64,000 bases of DNA. It comes from Candidatus Hydrogenedentota bacterium (lineage in GTDB: Bacteria > Hydrogenedentota > Hydrogenedentia > Hydrogenedentales > SLHB01). The notes under the pieces were generated by a model that was not told where the DNA came from, made no database searches, and saw only the letters and a program-made list of their open reading frames with translations. The stretch lies in assembly GCA_963674865.2 (NCBI GenBank), contig CAXXYE010000006.1, forward strand, positions 64,001-128,000, in the 5' to 3' direction. Positions 45,608 to 54,661 of this stretch are shown here, in pieces. Made by a program: the position numbers and the translations under genes. The number at the start of each line of letters is the position of its first letter. Positions within the stretch are counted from its first letter, which is position 1.

Positions 45608-46150
45608 TCATGGAACATCCTCAAGCACCCGCCAGCGCCCATCGACTTGGCGGACGGCTACGCCGCTCTGTTCGAGTACGGCGCGGTCGCCCGCGGAGTT
45701 GCGGCTGTAGATCCGGATGCCGAGTGTGTCCTTGAGATAATCCTTCATGATGTATTGCCGGACGCGCTCGTCTTGTATTTCCGAATGCCCCTGGAGGGCC
45801 ATTGCGATGCTAAACATGACACATGCGTATGAGCATTCAAGGTATTTCCTCTTCTCCGAGGCGGAGCGAAAGGCGCCGAACTCCTCGATAGAAGCCAATA
45901 TCAGTTCATCGTGTTGGCGTCGCGGATTATCCACCTTGGCATTCTGCAGCTTCACCCACTGATCGATGACGGCGTCCTCGGCCATTCGCAACGCTGCCGG
46001 TTTATCCGGGCCGTTTGGGTAACCTATGCCAAAGGGATCATTCGAGTCCTTCGGTGCGGACGGACTCAGCACACACCAGCATTTCCAACCGACAAGCACC
46101 AAGGCCGCGATGCACACGAGGCCAACAAGGCGTTTGATAAGGTCAGACAT
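45608..46150 (-). CDS. Hypothetical protein with N-terminal membrane anchor
   Basis: 180-aa ORF, hydrophobic LVGLVCIAALVLVGW, RBS GAAAGGAAG. Confidence 0.6.
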   Translation of the reverse strand: MSDLIKRLVGLVCIAALVLVGWKCWCVLSPSAPKDSNDPFGIGYPNGPDKPAALRMAEDAVIDQWVKLQNAKVDNPRRQHDELILASIEEFGAFRSASEKRKYLECSYACVMFSIAMALQGHSEIQDERVRQYIMKDYLKDTLGIRIYSRNSAGDRAVLEQSGVAVRQVDGRWRVLEDVP

Positions 46151-46169
46151 GGCTTCGCACTTCCTTTCT

Positions 46170-46838
46170 CTATTCCCGGGCGCCGTATCGGATCAGCACT
46201 TCAACTGCGGCATCGTTTCTCCGGCCCTTCGCCAATTTCAAGAGCGAAACGCGGCGCTCGCCGGCTGAGAACGGCGTGTTCGGATCCGCCCCGTGCTCAA
46301 GGAGAAGCTCCATGAGATCGATGCGATCCGCCGAGAATGCGTTGGTTAGAGGCGTTTCCGTGGAGAGCGGCCCCGGCATTCCGTCCGGCCCCGCGTAGGA
46401 GCGCTGGATGCTCACGTTCGCACTGGCGCCGTTCTCCAAGAGGAATGCGACGAAAGCCGCATCGGCGGCGCCCATCGCAACAGCCTCCACGCCCATGTTC
46501 GCCGCACAGCTCGAAAACTCCGGCATGTTGGGGAAGGCCACCTTCAGGGGTGCGTTGATGTCCGCGCCGGCACCGAGGAATGCCTGAACCTTCTCTCTGT
46601 CGCCCTGCCAAATCGCGGCCCCGAGCGCGGCGCAGCGGACCTTGGTGAACTGCAAGTCCATCTCGACCATCTCGTAGGCCGCCTTCGCTTCGGACGACAG
46701 CGCCTTGGGCGCTTCCGCTTGCCAGGTGCCGGGCTCAGGCTCTCCATTTGATGTGCCTCTTTTCACAAGGCTGGCTACCAGCGGTAAGGCGAGGATGGCC
46801 ACCACGATAACGAGAATGATGGCAAGTGTCTTGTTCAT
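46170..46838 (-). CDS. Ankyrin-repeat protein with N-terminal anchor
   Basis: ATG 46838 after GGAGG; GADIN, LLENGASAN, TPL..A, LLLEHGADPN, LIRYGA. Confidence 0.8.
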   Translation of the reverse strand: MNKTLAIILVIVVAILALPLVASLVKRGTSNGEPEPGTWQAEAPKALSSEAKAAYEMVEMDLQFTKVRCAALGAAIWQGDREKVQAFLGAGADINAPLKVAFPNMPEFSSCAANMGVEAVAMGAADAAFVAFLLENGASANVSIQRSYAGPDGMPGPLSTETPLTNAFSADRIDLMELLLEHGADPNTPFSAGERRVSLLKLAKGRRNDAAVEVLIRYGARE

Positions 46839-47098
46839 CGGCGTGCCTCCCCAGTCGCCACACTCCCCAGAGATACCATACGGCCCCGACAATCCGTTCC
46901 CTATGGCGCGGCTTTCTCAGTCCTCTACACCCGAGCGGCGGGTGTATTCGCGCTGGCGCCGCTCCTGGATTTGTTTTCATGGAAACCGGATAAGGGGCGG
47001 TGGTAGGATGGCTTCGGCCATGGGCGAAGCGGGCCTACCCGCCGCGGACACAGGCGGGATGGCGGCCGGTGAAACACGCGAGTGCGGGAGGACGGCTA

Positions 47099-48094
47099 AT
47101 GCGTAGGATCATTCAGGTCGGTGTGGGGGGCATGGGACGTGGGTGGACGGATCGGATTGCCGAATCGGAGCGGTGGGAAGCGGCGGCCTACGTCGACACA
47201 GACCGTAAGAACCTGATGGCGGCCGCGGCGCGCCATCGGATGCCGCGGGCGCGGTGTTTCACCGACGTGGACACGGCCCTTCGCACCATCGAGGCCGACG
47301 CGCTGCTTGACGTGACGCCCCAGCAGTTTCGTAAGGGTGTTTGCTGCGCGGCTTTCGAGCACGGCCTGCCGGTGATGTCCGAGAAACCGTTGGCGGACAA
47401 CTTGCGGAATGCCAAGACCATCGTGCGACGGGCCGAGAAGATGGGCGTCACGTATATGGTGGCCCAGAACTACCGGTACCAGGCGCCGATCCAAACGGTG
47501 CGGCGCTTCATCGAGAAGGGGCGTCTGGGAGACATGGGCTACGTGGGCGTCCTGTTCCACAAGGGGCCGAAGTTCGGGGGATTCCGTGAGCAAATGGCCT
47601 TCCCGCTCGTGCTTGACATGTCGATTCATCATTTCGACCTCATGCGATGCCTTCTCGGCGCCGACGTCAACGTCGTCCAAGCAACAAGCGTCAACGCCCC
47701 CTGGAACTGGAACAAGGGCGACGCCACCGTCATGGCGCAGCTCGAATTCACCAACGGCGTCGCCGTGAATTACTTCGGAAGTTGGGTGAGCCTTGGGCGT
47801 GAGACGAATTGGAACGCCGACTGGCGTTTCGAGGGCAGCAAAGGGGTGCTGCTCCTGGAGCAGGATGAGGTGGCGTTTTCCGACAAGCCCGGCCGCAAGC
47901 GCAAAGTGCCGCTCGTGAAGTGGCCGGTGTGTCATCAGGCGTACCTGCTCGAAGCTTTTGCCGACGCGCTCGACACCGGCACTGAACCGGAAACCAGTGG
48001 CCGGCGCAATCTCAACAGCTTGGCGACCACTTGGGCCGTTGTCCGGGCCGCCAAGGAGAAGCGGCGCGTGGAGGTAGGCGAACTGCTTCGGTGA
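47099..48094 (+). CDS. Gfo/Idh/MocA oxidoreductase
   Basis: VGVGGMG, SEKPLA, QNYRY, DMSIHHFD. Confidence 0.92.
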   Translation: MRRIIQVGVGGMGRGWTDRIAESERWEAAAYVDTDRKNLMAAAARHRMPRARCFTDVDTALRTIEADALLDVTPQQFRKGVCCAAFEHGLPVMSEKPLADNLRNAKTIVRRAEKMGVTYMVAQNYRYQAPIQTVRRFIEKGRLGDMGYVGVLFHKGPKFGGFREQMAFPLVLDMSIHHFDLMRCLLGADVNVVQATSVNAPWNWNKGDATVMAQLEFTNGVAVNYFGSWVSLGRETNWNADWRFEGSKGVLLLEQDEVAFSDKPGRKRKVPLVKWPVCHQAYLLEAFADALDTGTEPETSGRRNLNSLATTWAVVRAAKEKRRVEVGELLR

Positions 48095-50379
48095 GTGCCG
48101 CCGCGCCAGACGGAAGCCGCTACTCTTTGGGCGTGTTGTTCCTTGTGGCGGCCTTCTTCATTGTCGCGGGGCCAATCTACTGGCACGGCGTGCAGGTGCG
48201 CAGCGACGCCATTGCGAACGCCTACGAAAACGCTGACCTCTACCAGGGCATCTATCCTACCTACCACTATGCATCCGCGCGGATGCACGCCGGTGAGCTC
48301 CCGCTGTGGAATTCAAGGCAGTTGTGCGGCACGCCCTTCTTGGCGGATCCGCGAGTCGGCATCTTCCAGCCTCTGAACATCGTATTCTGGCTGCTCCCGA
48401 CGGAGCGGGCGATGGCGGCTCATGCTTTTCTGACGCTGTTCCTGATGGCCGCATTCTTCGTGCTCTTCGCACGCTCTTTCGGCCTATCCTACACAGCGGC
48501 TACTATCGGCGCCGTGGCCTATGCCTTCTGCGGCGCGTCCGCCGCCGCCATGTCCCGTCCCGCGACGGCCAACGCCCTGGCGTGGGTGCCTTTCGTATTC
48601 TGGACGGCGCGGGAGTATAGGCGAGTTTTCAAGTACCGCAACGCGATCTTGCTGGGCATCGGCGGGGCAATGCTAATTCTCTCAGGAACAGTCGCGTTGG
48701 CTTTCGCCGCGCTGTGCGTCTTGGCGCCGTACGTCTTGACCCATGCCGCATTTCCGGACAACCGCCGCGTAAGCAGCGCTGGGAGAAGAATCAGTGGCTT
48801 GGCGCTGGCAGCGGGCGTTGCCCTAGCGTTATCGGCGGCCCAATGGCTCCCGACGGCTTTCTGGCTGCGTTCACTCGAGCGGCCGATCGGCGTGTTGTGG
48901 CATCTGCCGTTCTCCGGCCTCTCTCCCGCCTGGGGCAGGGAGGCACTGGTGCAGTTCCTGACTTCCAAGCCGGGAACTTTGCCCCGCTTGTTGTACATCG
49001 GGACGGCGCCGCTCCTACTCATGCCTGCCGCGGTGATTCACCAAACACGGCGTCGCGAGGCGGCTTACTTCTTGGCGGCCGGGGCGATTTGCCTTATTGT
49101 GGGCCTGCTCAGGATAGACGCACTCCCACTCGGATATCCCAATCGGGCCTTCCTCTTCTGCGCGGCGTTTTGCATGGCCACCCTCACCGCGATTGGGGCG
49201 GACCGCCTATTCGTCTACTACCGGGAACGCGGCTTGCCGCGTCCCTGGGCGCCTGCCGCCATCGTCATGGTAGTGGCTTCGCTTGTCATTTACGCTGCCG
49301 GGAGCCAGACATCCGGATACGCGATAGCATTCGCCGTAGTAGTGCTTCCGTTCGTGCTCATCCGGACAGCTTGGCTTGCGCGACTCTCCGGGCTGCTCGT
49401 GGCCGTGCTCCTGTTCGCGGACTTGATGCTCGCAAACGCCAATGCCTACCGACATCCGTTTCAAGACGCGCCCGAGTGCTATGGCCGATACGCCGCGGCC
49501 ATTCGGGCAGCGGAGGAGCAAGCGCTCGGGGCCCGAGCGCTTGTGTCGACGGTGGAGCTGGACAACGGACTGCCTCCCAATCTGGGCATGGTGACTCCGG
49601 TTGACGCTGCGAACGGTGATGATAACCTGCCGCTCACGCATGAGCAGGCCCGCTGGTGGGCGCGCCTCGAAGACAACTCTGACACGGCGCGGGTCCGGAA
49701 ACGCACGGCCGTGAGCTATGACGCCGGCAATGCCAAGTTGCTGAACCTGATGGCCGTAAGGGCCATCTTGGCCGCGCCGGGAAGTCCCCTGTTTGAGGGG
49801 GACTGGGCGCACGGCGGGCCATCATTGCGCCGGAAGAACGTCTCGGGGGATGCGCGAGTCTATGTTAACGACGACGCCCTCCCGCGTGCGGCCTGGGTGC
49901 CAACGCCCCGCACCGTCAGCGACACCGAGGGGGCACTCGACGTGCTGTGCTCGCCTGATTTCGATCCGGCACGGGAATGCACCATCGATATCGCTTCTGC
50001 CGGGCACGTGCCACTCCCGACGCGACAGACGACAAACGACGTTCAAGAGGCGGAAGACGCGCCACAGCAAAGGCAGGCCACTTGCGCCATCGTGCAGAGC
50101 GTTCCGGAGTACGTCTTGGTACGTGTCGACGCCCCGGCGGAGGGCATCCTCGTCTTGGCCGATAGTTGCGCGCCCGGTTGGCGAGCGACTGTCGATGGGA
50201 GTCCTACGAGGCTCTTTCAGGCCAACGGCGTATTCCGAGGAGTGTCGCTACCTGCCGGGCAACACGATGTCGCCTTCGTCTACAGGCCGTGGGCCTTCTG
50301 GACTGGCCTTGCGGTGTCCCTTGGGGCGTTGGCGAGCCTTGCTCTGGGTGGATTCCTCACCCTCGTGCGCGGCGCATAG
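48091..50379 (+). CDS. YfhO-family integral membrane protein (putative GT-C glycosyltransferase)
   Basis: GELPLWN....GTPFLA, many TM helices, LPRA, PGW.ATVDG, FRGV.LP.G.H.V.F.YRP; GTGA overlap. Confidence 0.85.
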   Translation: MSAAAPDGSRYSLGVLFLVAAFFIVAGPIYWHGVQVRSDAIANAYENADLYQGIYPTYHYASARMHAGELPLWNSRQLCGTPFLADPRVGIFQPLNIVFWLLPTERAMAAHAFLTLFLMAAFFVLFARSFGLSYTAATIGAVAYAFCGASAAAMSRPATANALAWVPFVFWTAREYRRVFKYRNAILLGIGGAMLILSGTVALAFAALCVLAPYVLTHAAFPDNRRVSSAGRRISGLALAAGVALALSAAQWLPTAFWLRSLERPIGVLWHLPFSGLSPAWGREALVQFLTSKPGTLPRLLYIGTAPLLLMPAAVIHQTRRREAAYFLAAGAICLIVGLLRIDALPLGYPNRAFLFCAAFCMATLTAIGADRLFVYYRERGLPRPWAPAAIVMVVASLVIYAAGSQTSGYAIAFAVVVLPFVLIRTAWLARLSGLLVAVLLFADLMLANANAYRHPFQDAPECYGRYAAAIRAAEEQALGARALVSTVELDNGLPPNLGMVTPVDAANGDDNLPLTHEQARWWARLEDNSDTARVRKRTAVSYDAGNAKLLNLMAVRAILAAPGSPLFEGDWAHGGPSLRRKNVSGDARVYVNDDALPRAAWVPTPRTVSDTEGALDVLCSPDFDPARECTIDIASAGHVPLPTRQTTNDVQEAEDAPQQRQATCAIVQSVPEYVLVRVDAPAEGILVLADSCAPGWRATVDGSPTRLFQANGVFRGVSLPAGQHDVAFVYRPWAFWTGLAVSLGALASLALGGFLTLVRGA

Positions 50380-50444
50380 AGATCGGCCCAGAGAGTGCAT
50401 TTGACAGGAAGGGGCGTTCGACAACGCCGCAGTATGTTCGCTCG

Positions 50445-50473
50445 TTGACTTGACCCCGGGCGGCTGATACGAT
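50445..50473 (+). promoter_or_regulatory. Sigma70-type promoter
   Basis: TTGACT-17-TACGAT upstream of 50537. Confidence 0.6.
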
Positions 50474-50536
50474 TTCGCCCATTGCCGCGCCGGCGAGGTG
50501 GGTGTATAGCGCGGCCAGGAAAAAAGGAGCAAGGGC

Positions 50537-51520
50537 ATGGCGAAGAAGTTGCGCATCGGGTTTATCGGCGCCGGTGGGATAGCGCGGGGGCATTACGAAA
50601 AGCTTAATGCATCCCGGAAGGCCCGGGTGGTGGCGCTCAACGAGCCGAGCAAGAAATCCCTCGAGAAGTTCTACAGCCGCTGTGAAGGTTCCGACAAGCT
50701 TCCAGTGTACGAAGACTACAAAGAAATGCTGAAGAAAGAAGAACTCGATGGGGTGGTGATTCTCAGCCCGCATACGGTGCACTACGAACAAATCAGTGCG
50801 GCGCTGGGCAAAGGGTTGCACGTGCTGACCGAGAAGCCGATGGTTTGCACCATTCGCCACGCAAAGGCGTTGATCAAGAAGGCCAAGGCCGCAAAGCGTG
50901 TGCTCATGATTTCGTACCAGCGCCACTTCGAGCCGCAATTCCGCTATATGCGGGAACAGATTCAGAAGGGTGCGATTGGTAAGGTCGAATATGTACAGGC
51001 GATTCAGGCGCAGGAGTGGCTTCGCGGTACGCGCGGCACCTGGCGTCAGAAACTCGCCCTGTCCGGTGGCGGCCAACTCAACGACTCGGGAAGCCACCTG
51101 GTGGATATCGTGATGTGGGTAACGGGCATGAAGGTGAAAGAGGTCTTCGCGAAGTCCGAGAACTTCAAGGGCGAGGTGGACATCAATAGCACCCTCGCTA
51201 TGGCCTTCGAAAACGGCGCCCTGGGCAGTATGTCCATCATCGGGAACGCTCCGAGTTGGTACGAGGACCACACGATTGTCGGGAGCAAAGGCGCCTTCTA
51301 CCTGCGGCAGGGCCTTGATCTGTTGCAGCAGGGGGCCGACGGCAAACCCGTCAAAATCAAGCTTCCGAAGTACACGAAAAATCCGGATTCCAACTTCATT
51401 GATGCGATCTTGGGGAAGGACGTGCCCCAGGTTCCGCCGGAATGCGGCCTTCGCACCATTGAGGTAACCGAGGCGGCGTGGAAGTCCGCGGCTGCGGGTA
51501 AGCCCGTCCGCGTTCCCTAG
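50537..51520 (+). CDS. Gfo/Idh/MocA oxidoreductase
   Basis: IGFIGAGGIA, EKPM, GGGQLNDSGSHLVD. Confidence 0.93.
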   Translation: MAKKLRIGFIGAGGIARGHYEKLNASRKARVVALNEPSKKSLEKFYSRCEGSDKLPVYEDYKEMLKKEELDGVVILSPHTVHYEQISAALGKGLHVLTEKPMVCTIRHAKALIKKAKAAKRVLMISYQRHFEPQFRYMREQIQKGAIGKVEYVQAIQAQEWLRGTRGTWRQKLALSGGGQLNDSGSHLVDIVMWVTGMKVKEVFAKSENFKGEVDINSTLAMAFENGALGSMSIIGNAPSWYEDHTIVGSKGAFYLRQGLDLLQQGADGKPVKIKLPKYTKNPDSNFIDAILGKDVPQVPPECGLRTIEVTEAAWKSAAAGKPVRVP

Positions 51521-51654
51521 ACGCCCTGTGCAGAGGGCCGCCATCCCCGTTTCGCTGCGCCTGAATCACGTCGGGCGCGCGGGCCGGGAAGCGCGCGGCT
51601 CGGAAATTGAAGGTCCTGCGCTTGCGCGCATTGGCCTTCAGAGAGGAGGCTCGC

Positions 51655-51984
51655 ATGAGAGCAACCGTAATAGTCGCCCTGTTGTTGGCTGCGCTGCTGC
51701 TACCTGGATGTGGCGAGTCGGGTACCGCCGGCCCGGCGGCTGAAGAAGAGCAAGCGGCTCCCCCTCAGCAACAGGCCGAACCTCAGGCCAAGAGCAGCGA
51801 TGCGGCGCTCTTTGAAGCGAGTTGCAGCACATGCCACCCGATAGCTAAGACGAGCGACTATGACGGCGACGAGTCCTGGAGCGAGATCGTCACTGAGATG
51901 ATCGAGAAGCACGGCGCCAGGATATCGCCGGAAGATAGTCCGAAAATCGTCGCCTATCTCGATACGACATACCCGCGGCCCTGA
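51655..51984 (+). CDS. Monoheme c-type cytochrome lipoprotein
   Basis: Lipobox LPGC, CSTCH, W..IV..M...GA.I...IVAYL (Met distal ligand). Confidence 0.8.
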   Translation: MRATVIVALLLAALLLPGCGESGTAGPAAEEEQAAPPQQQAEPQAKSSDAALFEASCSTCHPIAKTSDYDGDESWSEIVTEMIEKHGARISPEDSPKIVAYLDTTYPRP

Positions 51985-52070
51985 CAGGTCTTCCTATTCG
52001 CAATACGCGCCACGGCGTGCCGTGAAGTCTTGAGCCGACGCGATCTGGTTCAGCTAACGCGCGCGGGAGT

Positions 52071-54119
52071 TTGGTTGTTTTGTCCGTTGCTCTGATTCTC
52101 GTCGCATGTAGTCTCGTGGCTCTACCGGGGGAAGGGGATTACGTCGCCGGGTGCGCCGCCGAGCGAGACGGCAAATTCATCAAGGCGCAGGAGGCTTTTG
52201 CCCACTGCGCGCATACGGGAGGCCCCCTGCAAGCATTCGCCAAGGTGCGTGCTGCGCGGTGCCAAGCGCTCTCTGGAGATCTGCCGGGTGCGCTGGCATC
52301 GTGCGAGCATGTGCTGGCGGAGTGCGGGGACGGGCCATGGACAGGCATGGCCCATGCGGAGATCGCGGCCATCCAGGTGAAGGCAGGGGCGCCGGCGGAC
52401 GCCGCACAGCATTTCGCCCATGTCACTGCGGCGCGGCCGCACCTATGGTGGTTGGATCGGTACGAGTGGCAAGCGGCCGAGAACCTTTTATCCATGGAGG
52501 ATACAAAGGCCGAGGCGTACGCATTCTTCCGCAACATCGTGGAAACGGCCGGGTTCCGCAAGCCTCGGCTCGATGCGGCGGCTCTTCTCGCGGAATCGCC
52601 GAGCACCGAGGATCGCCTTTACGCAGCGCTTGGATTGTTGCGATCGGGTTCTTACAAGGACGGCGGCGAGGCCCTGCTCAGACTGGCGCCGGCGTTGGGC
52701 AGCACCACCGAAGACCTCTCCCACTGGGCAGACCTCAGCAGACGGATACTGACGGGACAGGCAGATCCTGCGGATGTGGCCGTGGTCTCCGACCACGAGG
52801 CCGCCGCTGACAAGCCTCTGGCGATCTGGCTCCGCCTCTGGTTCCTCTTCACCGTTAGGCAGTCAATCGCGAAGGGCTCGATCGATTCCGCGAGAACGGC
52901 GTGCGATCGGTTGGTGTCCGACTACCCCGGCTCCGTGGAAGCGGGCGACGCGCTGTGGCTGCTGGCGTGGACGTTGGCCAGAAAAGACGAACCGGCGGAC
53001 GCGATCAAGCAGTACCTCCGCCTAGTGGAGCAATGCCCCGGCCACTCGCGCGCTGACGATGCCCTGTCAACGGTTGCCCGCCTTCAGCTTTCCTTGGGAC
53101 AAGGCGGCGAGGCGCTTGCAATATGGAAGCGGCTGCGCGAACGATATCCCCAGAGCAGGTATGTCTCGGGGGCCTGCTTTGAAAGCGGCAGATATCTCGA
53201 GAGATCCGGCAATGCACGGAAGGCCCTTGAGCACTATGAAAAGGCACTGGCCGGCGGCCTGGGTGATTACTACGCACACCGGGCACTCGAGCGGCTGCAC
53301 GCCTTGGGCCATCCAGCCGAGATTGGACGAGGCCTCAAGGTCGATGGAAGGGACTCCTTCGTCCGCCCCATGCCGGACTATCTCGAGGTCATTCCTGAGA
53401 CGCCACAGGCCATGCTGGACGACCCGCGCATGCAGCGTTTGTTCTTCTTCGCCGGCGAAGGCTTGGACGAGGGCGAATGGGAGATCCTCGACCTAGCTCA
53501 AGCGCTTCCCCACGAACCAACGCTGCGCGTGCTCTATCAGGCTCTGTCCGAAGCGGGCCTGGCCTACTCGGCTCGGCAATTGGCCGAGGCCACCGGCTGG
53601 GGAACGACGGACAGCCGCAAGGACCTCGCGCGCCGACGCCTCGACTACCCTAAAGCATATTGGCGTGATGTCCTCGCCATGGCCAAGGAAACCGGCGTAG
53701 ACCCCTTCTTGATCCTCGCGGCGGCGCGGCAGGAGAGCACCTTCCGGCCGGCTTTGGTGTCTTCGGCGGGGGCGAGAGGCGTCATGCAGGTGATGCCCGC
53801 GACGGCCAAGTGGCTGGCGAAGATTGAGCCGAACATCTCGACAGAGCACGCCGCCCACCTCGAGCACCCGGGCAATTCACTCCGATTGGGCGCATACTAC
53901 CTCATGCGCATGATCGACCGTTCCGACGGCAATCTCGTCTACGCCCTTGCGTCATATAACGGAGGGCCCGGCAATTGTGACAAATGGCGCAGGCGCGCAC
54001 AGAATGCCGACCTTGACACCTTCGTGGAGTCCATCCCCTTCAGCGAAACGCGAGGCTACGTGAAGGCCGTTCTGGGCAATTACGCCGCCTATCATTCGCT
54101 TTATCCGCCCACCCCCTAA
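52071..54119 (+). CDS. Soluble lytic murein transglycosylase (Slt) with TPR repeats
   Basis: RQESTF, GARGVMQVMPAT, ASYNGG, ETRGYV. Confidence 0.92.
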   Translation: MVVLSVALILVACSLVALPGEGDYVAGCAAERDGKFIKAQEAFAHCAHTGGPLQAFAKVRAARCQALSGDLPGALASCEHVLAECGDGPWTGMAHAEIAAIQVKAGAPADAAQHFAHVTAARPHLWWLDRYEWQAAENLLSMEDTKAEAYAFFRNIVETAGFRKPRLDAAALLAESPSTEDRLYAALGLLRSGSYKDGGEALLRLAPALGSTTEDLSHWADLSRRILTGQADPADVAVVSDHEAAADKPLAIWLRLWFLFTVRQSIAKGSIDSARTACDRLVSDYPGSVEAGDALWLLAWTLARKDEPADAIKQYLRLVEQCPGHSRADDALSTVARLQLSLGQGGEALAIWKRLRERYPQSRYVSGACFESGRYLERSGNARKALEHYEKALAGGLGDYYAHRALERLHALGHPAEIGRGLKVDGRDSFVRPMPDYLEVIPETPQAMLDDPRMQRLFFFAGEGLDEGEWEILDLAQALPHEPTLRVLYQALSEAGLAYSARQLAEATGWGTTDSRKDLARRRLDYPKAYWRDVLAMAKETGVDPFLILAAARQESTFRPALVSSAGARGVMQVMPATAKWLAKIEPNISTEHAAHLEHPGNSLRLGAYYLMRMIDRSDGNLVYALASYNGGPGNCDKWRRRAQNADLDTFVESIPFSETRGYVKAVLGNYAAYHSLYPPTP

Positions 54120-54340
54120 CAGCGCGAGTCGCTCGTGCTCTCCAGGCAAGGCACCATTTCTACTCGCCACTCCCGTCGAGACCGCTTCGAGCAAGATCAA
54201 CACGACGCGGGAAACATGATAAGTCCCAAAGGCTTGGGAGTGCACGGCAATGCGGATTTTGGCGCATATGGCGCATCGCAGATGTTTAATCGTAAGTTAT
54301 TGCAAAACAATCAGTTAGAATGTTAATACTATGTAGAATG

Positions 54341-54369
54341 TTGAAATTCCCCGAAATATGTGGCATAAT
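54341..54369 (+). promoter_or_regulatory. Sigma70-type promoter in an AT-rich intergenic region
   Basis: TTGAAA-17-CATAAT; upstream direct repeat TAGAATGTT at 54316 and 54334. Confidence 0.6.
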
Positions 54370-54661
54370 TCGCCATGAGGGTAAAAAGTGCGTTTTCTTG
54401 GTCATTGCGCTATGGCCAAGAGGAAAGGCGAGGGACTGAGACAGTGTCCGTGGATATAAGGCACAGCTTCGTCTGGACTTCCAAGGGCCACTTCGACGAC
54501 TGCGGCCGCTTCGACTGAACCACACCAACACATCGCCCTTCCTGTGGCTTCTGCGTGGTGATGCCGTCGGTGAATCGCGCATCGGAAGTTGTCAGTTGTT
54601 CTGGTTTTGACATTCTTGGGCCTTGGCCGTTGCCAAGGCAAGAGACGAGGTCACCTGACAC

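Noticed and set aside
46973..46986. Palindrome GTTTTCATGGAAAC between divergent genes
   Set aside because: Short, single occurrence and no regulator nearby; insufficient support.
52030..52095. Tat-like MSRRDL peptide upstream of slt suggesting a frameshift
   Set aside because: It is in another frame and ends quickly; slt has its own hydrophobic N-terminus with a usable TTG start.
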